The notes under the pieces are model-generated. The model was not told where the DNA came from. It saw nothing but the letters and a program-made list of their open reading frames with translations, and ran no database searches. Shown in pieces: positions 54,993 through 64,000 of a DNA stretch of 64,000 nt. This DNA comes from the human T2T-CHM13v2.0 reference genome, Homo sapiens. The stretch is taken from assembly GCF_009914755.1 (NCBI RefSeq), contig NC_060936.1. One strand, 5' to 3'. The position numbers were made by a program, and so were the translations under genes. Every line of letters begins with the position of its first letter. The stretch's first letter is position 1.

Positions 54993-57900
54993 GTGGTTTT
55001 TATCTTCCTGGGTTTCTGCTATCTATTCCACCTTTGGAACGTACCTACTGTTGGCTAATCAGGTGCTGCACTGGCCAAAGAAAATGCCCTTGTAGAAGGA
55101 ACTAGAGGAAATTTCACAGGAAACTAGAAGTATGGCATTTAGTCCAGAGTCTTCCATCTATTTTAGGGGTGCAGGGAGAGGAAAGCGGATTCTTGGTGGT
55201 GTTTTGATTCAGGAAAGCACACCTATTATCTGCCTTGCTTGGTACTTTCCACTTTTGTCTGTCTCTCTGTTACTGTCCTGCCCTTTTCTTGGTCATATTT
55301 GCAATCACATGAATGGCCCACAAGGTCTTTCAACCCTCATCCTTTCTGCAGCTTTTTGCTAATTCTAATGTAATCCTGAGACTTTTATAATACTCCACTC
55401 CCCCTCTGCAACCAGTATCATTTCACTCTTGGTGCCTTTTAATGTCGTGGGTCTCCTTTGCCCTAGAAACCACCCCTGAGGTGAAAGCCTGAACCATAAG
55501 CCCTGGATTTATGTCACGCTAGGAGAATCCTGTGTAATACTTCTGTAATAGGCGTGGCCTCTCTGTAGAACAGATTCCGGTTTTATAACTGTTACTCCTG
55601 GTTTGGGGTAGAGAGTGAGAAGGGAACATTTGTTTCCAAGTCCTCAGGAAAGGTTGGATTGGAGTTGTCTTTTAACAGACTGGATAAAACCTGAATCATC
55701 CCCATTCTCACCCAAGCCAGCCACATCCAGTGACATTCAATTTCCACTTCCTTTTCAACATTCTACACTTACTTAAGGGTGAAAGTACCATGTTTCCAAA
55801 GCTGAGTTCTCAAGAGGAAAGAAGACAGAGGCATTGGCACAATATCAGCTGGGTTTGGGTGGCTTCCTCTAGAGGCAATCTGGGGACTTGGTCTCATCAG
55901 AAATGTCGTTTAGTTCCATGAGTCAAGCCCAGATCACAGTCGGCAAACCAGCACATGTAGCAGTCTGCAGGGGGATGGCAGGGAGTGGGTGGAGGAACCA
56001 CTAGTCAGTCCTGTTGGTGTCACACTTAATATTTGTTTATAGATGAAGGCCACCCCTCTGAATAAACTTCCTCAGGATATTTTAAGTCTATCTCTCAAGG
56101 TAATTTAGTACCAGGATAGAAACATATATTCAATTCATTGATTTCATAGCAATATGCATACATCATGCAACTGCAATCTAAGCAACCCCCTGCTTAGTCT
56201 CTCTTTCTCCTCTACCCCTCTGTGGGGCATACTTGATGAGGCAATAGCTTTATAATGTATCAAATTGCAACCAGATGTCTGCCTCAAATGTCAGAACAGT
56301 AGAGCAGAGTGGGAAGCAGTATATCATAGTGGTTAAGAGCTCAGACTTGAGCATGAGACAACCTGGATTCCTGTCCTGGTTCTATCATTTACTAGCTGTG
56401 TATCCTGAACAAATAGTTTTACCACACTGAGCTTGAAAATAGAAATAATAACAGTAACCCCTCAGACAACAGGTTGTAAGGATTTAGTTAGGTAAAGCTC
56501 TACCCCTATGTGTGGTGCATGGTGTTGTTTAGTAGACATTGACTCTGGAACAAAGCTTATAGTGGCCAAAAGGAAAGCAACAACTCCTCATCATTGTGTT
56601 CTCCATGCCTACCCATTTCTCCCCCAAGTAATGCTGACCATTTTTATTGGGATTTCAACTCCTGATGGACAACTACATTCAGATGAAGTTAACACACATG
56701 AGGCAGGGTAGAGAGTGGTCCCATAATCCTCGTCTCTGAGAAGAGGCTAACTGCTTTCTGATCTGACTGTTTCAGTTAGGGGGTTGGGGATAATAAATAA
56801 TTATCTGGATTCAGAATTGATTGGTATAACATTTCCATGGAGCATTCTGTTGGTTTGTATAGAGAAGACCAGGTACTGTCAGTCTAAAGAAAGCTCAAAC
56901 TTCTTGAAAAATCACAATTTTAATCCCACGGTTTCATCAAATCTACAGTGACTATGTGATTTATAGTTTATATCAAAATGTCTTTAAAAATGAAAGAAGG
57001 TGTCATTAGTAATTACCTAGGATGGAAGATCTAACAGAGATCATCCCAGGCAAACCAGGATGTACAGTGGTCCTTGTCAAACTTTATCTACCAGCCGGAA
57101 GGGAACCAGCATGAATCGATAAGATATATGAATCTCTAAAGTGTAGAGAGCCACCTCCCTTTTATCCCCATCCAAGAAGGGTAGTCATTTTGCCTGGCAT
57201 TAACTTAATTCTCTTTTTTAATTGCTTAGCCTAGAGAAGTTTGTACCTAAGAAGTTTCAGCTCGGTGAAAACCTAGTGCTTAAGGCTAGATCAAGCCACA
57301 ATATGATTTCATATCACCATATCGACCAATAGTAGCAGCTAAAGGCTTAATGAACATGTAAAAATCATTTGAAATTTGCATATCAATTGTTTATGGATGC
57401 ATGAGTGTTAGTAAAGGGCTAGAAAAGATATCCCCTTAAGTAGAACACACATTTTCCTTACAATTCTTTTAGCAAGCTATTAATTTTCTTCAAAAATCCT
57501 TTCTACGCAGAATAGACCAGAAGTAGACTTCAGCCCAGGCCCTGTCCAAAAGGCCATAAATTCCAAACTATTGGAGATTTTACTGCATAAAGGGAAATTG
57601 TAAGGCAGAAAAAAAAATGCCTTTGAACCATTTAATTCAAGACTCCCCTCGGTGCCAAGAGATCAGTTAGCAGTTTGTGCTGACTTGATCATCAGGAGCC
57701 AGGTGAGGGGCTGTTGAGAGGCGATTTTCTGGCAGCAGCCTGTGGTTAAGAGCCAATGCGCTGAGGGTCACAGAAAATGCTTGCCCTGGCGGTGAATGAG
57801 CGTTTTTCTCTAGGAAGGGAGCGTTATTGTGTGGGTCAAACCTTTCTCCTTTTGAAAGGTGAAATTTGTTGAATGGGATACAGGGGTTGGTTGCAGGGGG

Positions 57901-59384
57901 TCATTTCTGACATTCTGCTGTGTTCACCCGGCACACGTGCTATCTTAGAGAACGAGGTTGTGGTAGATGTTCAGTGAATGTTGGATGCATTAATTAGATG
58001 AATGTGCATGGTTCAAACCCAGCAACAGATTAGCTCTCTCCCCACCCCACCTCCAGTTCTGAGACGCTGAGGCTTCTGATCAATGCAACTTGAAAGACGC
58101 ACACACTGCAAATAGACTTGACTCTCCCTGGTGTCAGAATGAAGTTCCCTAGATAGAGACATCTGTCTGTCTGGGCAAGTAGACATGTTAGCCAGTATGG
58201 GGGCAGGAGGTTGGACTAAATGCCACTTGGATGTGCTTTCTAGGCCTGTAAGTCTCCATTACCTCCACCACTGCTCCAGGCCACCAAAAAAAGGGAACAT
58301 CCCTAAAACCCTAACTCCTTTAATAGGGAAGGAAGCCTGGGTCACATGCCTTCTTCTCCATGAACTCTTCAGGCATGCTGCAGAAGAGCAATACATTAAA
58401 AAAAAAATCTGTTTTTTTTATTTTTTATTTTTCAGAGTGGCTGGATTTACCTTCCCGTGAAGTGGAAGAATTCACAGGGGCTTAGCAAAACTAGAGCTCT
58501 TTAATTGCTTGTTCCTAAGACTTTCGCTGAAGTGTGAGAGAATATTTCTGAGGTGGAGGAAGTAGAATGATGAAGAGTTTGAGCTCTGAAGTCAAATCTA
58601 TCCAGGCTCAAATCTTTCTTTGCTACGTGCAAGCTGCAGGACCCGCTAGTCACTTCACCTCTTTGTGCCTCAGCCTCCCCATCTGTGAAATACTCCTCTG
58701 TTGGGGTTGTAGTGAGGAGTGAATGAGATAATTTATATAAAGAGCATGGCACTGTGCCTGGTACAAACCCAGATCTCCATAAAGCAGATGCTCTTGTGTA
58801 CTATGCCAGGGGCTACCCAACGAGATGCAGAGAGGGGGGATGCTAAAGCCCCTTACTACCTGGGCTGCGCTTGTTCAGTAGTGATGCTTGGGTTCTGTGG
58901 ACTGGACTCCTGAGCAGCTCCAATGCTCTGTATTCACTTTTAAATGTGGCTTTGGTGCTCCCTAAAGAGCCACTGGAGATTGGTAGAGCTGTTTGAAACA
59001 TTTGATGGACCTCAGGGGCACACTAATCAAAGGAAGTGTTTTATTTTATTGGTTGCAAATGCTTACGGGCTATGAGACTTGGCAAGCAGCTTGACCTTCT
59101 CAATCTCAGTTTTCTCATCCATAAAATGGGGCTAATAATAGCAGCTCCCTCCAAGAGCTGCTGTGAGGACTGGATGAGCTAATTTATGGAAAGTGCTACT
59201 TGGCACCCAGTCAGAGCTCCATCAGTGTTGGCTCTTGCTATTAATAATAAATGATAGGTTTTTTCGTTACTATTTGCCAGGCCCATTGGGGAGAAAAAAG
59301 TTGAATGTCCTCTAGTGAGGGCCTCAGAGTTTAGTAGAAAAGGTAGACACAACATAAGTACATATTTCATAAGGGAGACAGTCT

Positions 59385-59582
59385 TTTTAATTTTTAAAAT
59401 TTGTTTTCACATAATAACTGTACATATTTGGGGGATACATAGTGGTGTTGTGATACATATAATGTACAGTGATCAGATCAGTGTAATTAACATATCCATC
59501 ATCTTAAACATTTATAATTTCTTTTATTAGAAACATTCAGTATTTTTCTTCTAGCTATTTGAAACTGTAAAACATATTATTG
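59385..59582 (-). mobile_element. L1MA 3' terminal fragment
   Basis: ataataactgtacatatttgggggatacatagtg...gatcagatcagtgtaattaacatatccatcatc. Confidence 0.8.
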
Positions 59583-60156
59583 TCTTAAGCATGATAATGT
59601 AGGGAGAAATAGAGACAGAGGAATGTAAAAAAAAAACAGCGAAGGGAGAGACCCTTAATGAAGCATGGAGTCCCTTGCTTATAGTCACACAGTTATTTTT
59701 AGTTATCCGATCTGCAAAATGGGGATGATTCTTCTATTTCATCAACGTTATCTACAAATACAAGGAATGATCAGAGAAAATCAGACCTTTGCCCCCAGCA
59801 GGGTCTCAAATACCATTTCTTTTAATAGGAGAGAAAGCAGGCTAAACTCTCTGAGGGGAACATTAACTGTGGGGGAATAGTCAACGCTAGTGGAGGGGAG
59901 CCGTGGAAGGGAGCTGCTCATATAATATACATTTTCCAGCTCAAGGATGCAGTCTCTGGCGTGGGCTATTAGGCTTCTTGTCCTTCATGGACCAGCTCTA
60001 GCTAATAGGAAATCTAGTCTGCATTCCATGAACAACCACCAGTGATGGGGGGATTATAGCGAGCCTGCAAATGTGGAAGATAAAATTAATCACAGGGGAA
60101 TTAATACACAAAGTGGAAGAAGCTGCACGTTGGCTAAAAAAAAATTAGGTTGTACT

Positions 60157-60605
60157 TTCATTCATTTATTCAGTCATTCAACATTTTTATTGAACCACTA
60201 CTCAACGTAACAGTGAATGAACACAGGAACTCCCTGTTCCCGTGGAGGAGAAAGACAATAAATGAAGAACCAAATAAATAAATGAGAGCTGGTGGTAATG
60301 CATTCTGTAAAGAACAATAAAGCCAAGGAAAGGAATAGAGGGTGAGGGAATGAGCTGCTTTGTTGGACAGCATGATCCCTGAGTGAAGGGAGAGGTGAGC
60401 TGTGAGGATAAGTGAGAGAAAAGTGTTTGAGGCAGAGGGAACAGCAAGTGCAAAGGCCCTGAGGTAGAAGGATGCTTGGTGTATTTGAGAAATAGCAAGG
60501 AGGTCAGTGTGGCTAGAGCAGAGTGAGTGAATGGGAGAGTGACAGAAGATGATTCCCAGGATGCAAGCAGAAAACAGATCAAGTGGGGCCTTGTAAGCCA
60601 GTTCA
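60157..60605 (-). mobile_element. L2 3' fragment
   Basis: ttcattcatttattcagtcattcaac tail; ggcagagggaacagcaagtgcaaaggccctgagg. Confidence 0.85.
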
Positions 60606-61125
60606 GGAAATTCCTAGGTCCTGGGCTGGGGGCAGGAGGTGGTCCCAGGAGGGTTCTTGCCTTCTCAAGCAGAGTTCCAGATCTGATCTGCTTCTGTTGA
60701 CTCCTCTTTCCTGACTCTGATGCAGCCAGTGATGACTTTGAACAGCAATATCAGAAGATTGGCTGGGTCCCTCCATGTGTTATGGACAAGCATGAAATTT
60801 ACAGTCCCTTTGATTGTGAACAATCACATCAGGAAACTTTAAAGATGCTGTTTAGACTTCCAAATAGCAGTGATAGATTTTGTTCCCACAGTGCAAGGGT
60901 TTGGTCTCTCATATTCATGCATGCAAACCTAGACTATCCCTTGCACCCAGTAGCCCCCTCCACTGCACACTCTTGAAGCTACAGTCTGCTCTTTCTGTCT
61001 CTCTCCCTCTGTGTATCTCTCCCGGCACCTGTCCCCCCACACCTTCCAGCCCCCCACTCCATTTGAAATTTTGCTGAGGGAGCTCCCATATGCTACAGCC
61101 TCTGTGCGGAGCTCTGTGAAATAGA

Positions 61126-61959
61126 ACACTGAATTAAGATGTCATAGAGACAAAGCCAAACCAAATACAGGAACAATGCCGAACCCTAAAACAGTCATTA
61201 AGTAATTCATGTCTACGTGTGTCTGTTCAAAACAAATATTAAGATCCTCTGGACGCAAATCTTTCTCATCCGGAGAATCCTCTGGTTGCTGGATTCCCAA
61301 AGCTTAGATGCCGCTGTCGGACAGCTTTGCTGAGTACAAATACCAACAGATCACTGTTCTCTGGCTTCGTTAAAAGTTAAGCTTAGGCAACTGAGCAGGA
61401 ATTTAGAAGACAGTTGCCACTTCTGCAGAAAGAGAGGTGCCATTTGGGCCTGAAGCGTGCATCTTCATGGTGTGTGTGCACGCTCACTTGTGGTGGGAAT
61501 GTGTGTGCTAAGAGCCTTGTGTTACTATGTGCCTTGCCCTGTGCTGAACACATTTCATCTCTTATCCAGTTCTGTACTTATAATAATTCCAGAAGAGAGG
61601 TGTCTTCAAGACCCTATTTTACAGATGAGAAAACAGAGGCTCTGAGAATAGAAATGATCTGCTCACAGACACATGGCTGGTAAGAGTCAGAATTGGAATG
61701 AGAACCCAGAGCTCTTAACCAACATGTTTATAGGATAAGACACTTTGCAGAGGAGGAAAAAATGGTATCACAGAGGGGAGGTAAGCCCTGGGAATCCAGC
61801 AACCAGGGGAGTCTCTAGATGAGAAACCTTTGCGTCCGGAGGTTCTTACTATTTGTTTTGAACAGACACACGTAGATGTGAATTGCTTAATGACTGTTTC
61901 AGGGTTCGGCATTGTCCTATTTGGTTCGGCTTTGTCTCTATGTCATCTTAATTCAGTGT
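61126..61959. repeat. Inverted repeat, arms 61126..61306 and 61782..61959, 475-bp spacer
   Basis: Manual alignment: 17 substitutions plus 3 gapped nt over ~181 bp (~89%). Not Alu-derived. Confidence 0.95.
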
Positions 61960-62020
61960 GCCCATGATCACACGGTGTGTAAGTGATGAAAGCAGGAGAT
62001 GAATTCAGGTCTGTCTGATT
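61745..62020 (-). mobile_element. MIR core interrupted by the right arm of the intronic inverted repeat
   Basis: ttgcagaggaggaaaaaatggtatcacagaggggagg | [insert] | gcccatgatcacacggtgtgtaagtgatgaaagcaggagatgaattcaggtctgtctga follows MIR consensus order. Confidence 0.65.
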
Positions 62021-62304
62021 GCTAGTATATTCTTCTCTCCTGGCTGGACTTCCTGTCATTCTGGTTTGGGTTTTAAGGTTGGGGGTGTTTTTGTTTTGTT
62101 TTGCTCATCTTGTTTTATGTTCAATCAGTTTAGTAACTGCCATTGTTATAATCCCATCTCATACCACTTGCAGCAATACTGCTTTCCTCTTTCCTTGCCC
62201 CTCTTATCCATTATCCACATAGACCCAGAAGAACCTCTTTGAAAAGCACATCAGACCATGTAAGCCCTCTCTCCCTCCATCTAAAGCCCTCTATCACTTT
62301 CTCT

Positions 62305-62602
62305 TGTTTGTGTTTTTTTGGTTTGTTTTTGTTTTGAGATGGAGTCTCGCTCTGTCACCCAGGCTGGAGTGCAGTGGTGCGAACTCAGCTCACTGCAACC
62401 TCTGCCTCCCAGGCTCAAGGAATTCTCCTGCCTAAGCCTCCCAAGTACCCACCCCGCACCCAGCTAATTTTTGTATTTTTTTAGTAGAGACAGGGTTTCA
62501 CCATTTTGGCCAGGCTGGTCTTGAACTCCTGACCTCAGGTGATCCACCCTCCTCGGCCTTCCAAAGTACTGGGATTACAGGTGTGAGCCACCATGCCTGG
62601 AC
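62305..62602 (-). mobile_element. AluS with small internal deletion, inserted in an L2
   Basis: gagatggagtctcgctctgtcacccagg; ~20 bp missing at ccaagta|cccaccc. Confidence 0.95.
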
Positions 62603-63159
62603 CCATGTTTTTTTAAGTATACAGAGCCAGCTCCCTGCCATGGCCTCTAGCCTCTTCATGGTCCACTTCCTGCCCACCTCCCTGAGACCATTTCTAAAAC
62701 ACCACCTCTCACTTCCTCTGTTTAGTTGCATCTTATTCCTTTTAGTTACTCACATTTTCCAGGCTCCTTCCTGCCATGGAGCCTTTGCACATGCTGCTAG
62801 GAAAGCTCTTCCTCTCCCCTGGTGCCTGATTTATACCTACTCCACTTTCCAGAGCTCAGAGGAAATGCTGTTTCCTCGGGGATCCTTCCAGAATGCTGCA
62901 GACTAAGTCATACCCCTCATTACAGACATTACTTTCTTATCACTGTTTTCAACACATTTGTAATTATATATGGATTTGGGCGATCATTGGCTAAAGCATA
63001 CCTCTCCTAACGGTTGAGGCCTCATGAGGAGAGGGACTGTGACTATGAGCTCCTTGTTGAACGAATCTCTTCCCCCAGATACGCAGCAGGGACCAAACAC
63101 ATGTTGGTAGAATGCATGAACTGTAGCACTTTCCCCTCATCGAATCACTTTCACACCTA

Positions 63160-63205
63160 ATAGTCTGAACCATATGGAATTGCCAATATTCAAAACCAGT
63201 AATGT
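63160..63205. mobile_element. MADE2-like mariner MITE fragment
   Basis: tgaaccatatggaattgccaatattc resembles the MADE2 terminal repeat. Confidence 0.55.
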
Positions 63206-64000
63206 TATTTCCTCTGATTCATAGGAGAATTGTTTGAACCACTGGGGATGGGGACTATGCCTGTCTCATTCTTTGCGGTATCCCAGCACCTAGTACAGTG
63301 GCTCAAGGTTGGTCATCTTTAAATATTTGTTGAATAAATTGTTAATGAGGACAATACAACCATAAGCACACTGTACAGATGAGAAAACTCAGAGATCTAC
63401 AGAGGTGTAGTATTAGATAGAGCTAACAGGACCTTAGGGATCACCCGATCTCATTTTACACGTGGAGGGCTGAGGGATAGGTTTGATAACGTGCTTAACA
63501 TATTGGAACCATAGTGCGCATGTGTAATTTGTAAATAAATACACATATATTGGGGTTTTGTTCTCAGCATTTCTCACTGAGAGAGATATGAGATAAAAGA
63601 AACTTTGGGGTCCATTGATCTAATTCAGCTCCTCTTTTAGCAGAAAGAGACACTGAAGCCTGCAAAAAGAGAGAGATTTGCCTAAGGTCTGTAGTCTGCA
63701 GGTGAGCTCTGGGTTCAGAGAAGTGATGTTTGCCCAACGTCAGGGCTCTTGTTTGAACTTCTCTGCTGCAACCAGGTGAGCAGACACCAGTTCTCTCTGG
63801 TGACCCCACCCACGCTGTGAGACATGACATCCCGCCCCCTCAGGGTCTCCTGTGGCACCTGCTGCCCACCCACTCGTCTGGGTATCCTGACAAGATGTCC
63901 ATCCGCACCCAGCCTGTGCCTAGCAGAGCAGGTGAGCAGCTCTGGGTGTTTCTGGAATCAGATTTCAGAACTTCCAGCTGATAAAGGGCTTTTGTTTGGC

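Larger units (their letters stand above)
53513..64000 (+). other. SRRM4: SRRM4 intron 1 (continues past window end)
   Basis: Canonical GT donor at 53513. I did not find a continuation of the SRRM4 reading frame (TEPQNN...) in the rest of the window. Confidence 0.88.

Noticed and set aside
63915-63940. Possible UGC-preceded microexon tgtgcctag|CAGAGCAG|gtgagc suggesting SRRM4 autoregulation
   Set aside because: No polypyrimidine tract, and the sequence resembles a decayed L2/MIR 3' end. No support from sequence alone.

Overview
Primate, almost certainly human, genomic DNA (Alu, THE1/MST/MLT1 LTRs, L1PA/PB/M, L2, MIR, hAT and mariner MITEs). The only protein-coding sequence I can support is coding exon 1 of SRRM4 (nSR100, the neural microexon splicing regulator) at 53382..53512 on the + strand. 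It lies in a CpG-island promoter, has a near-perfect REST/NRSF RE1 element about 30 nt upstream of the ATG, and is followed by at least 10.5 kb of intron 1. The first ~52 kb is repeat-rich upstream sequence. Almost all other ORF-track entries are repeat-derived or GC-rich noise. The most unusual unexplained structure is two non-Alu inverted duplications with very similar geometry (arms ~180-190 bp, ~89% identical, spacers ~470 bp). In each, the derived arm sits inside an older transposon. One is upstream (19.3-20.1 kb). The other is in SRRM4 intron 1 (61.1-62.0 kb), where it should fold the pre-mRNA into a long dsRNA stem. Also seen: a dispersed 33-bp perfect direct repeat carrying SOX/TCF/nuclear-receptor motifs, a triple-nested retroelement including a twin-primed L1, and several candidate regulatory motifs. 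All alignments and repeat subfamily calls were done by eye, and repeat boundaries are approximate.
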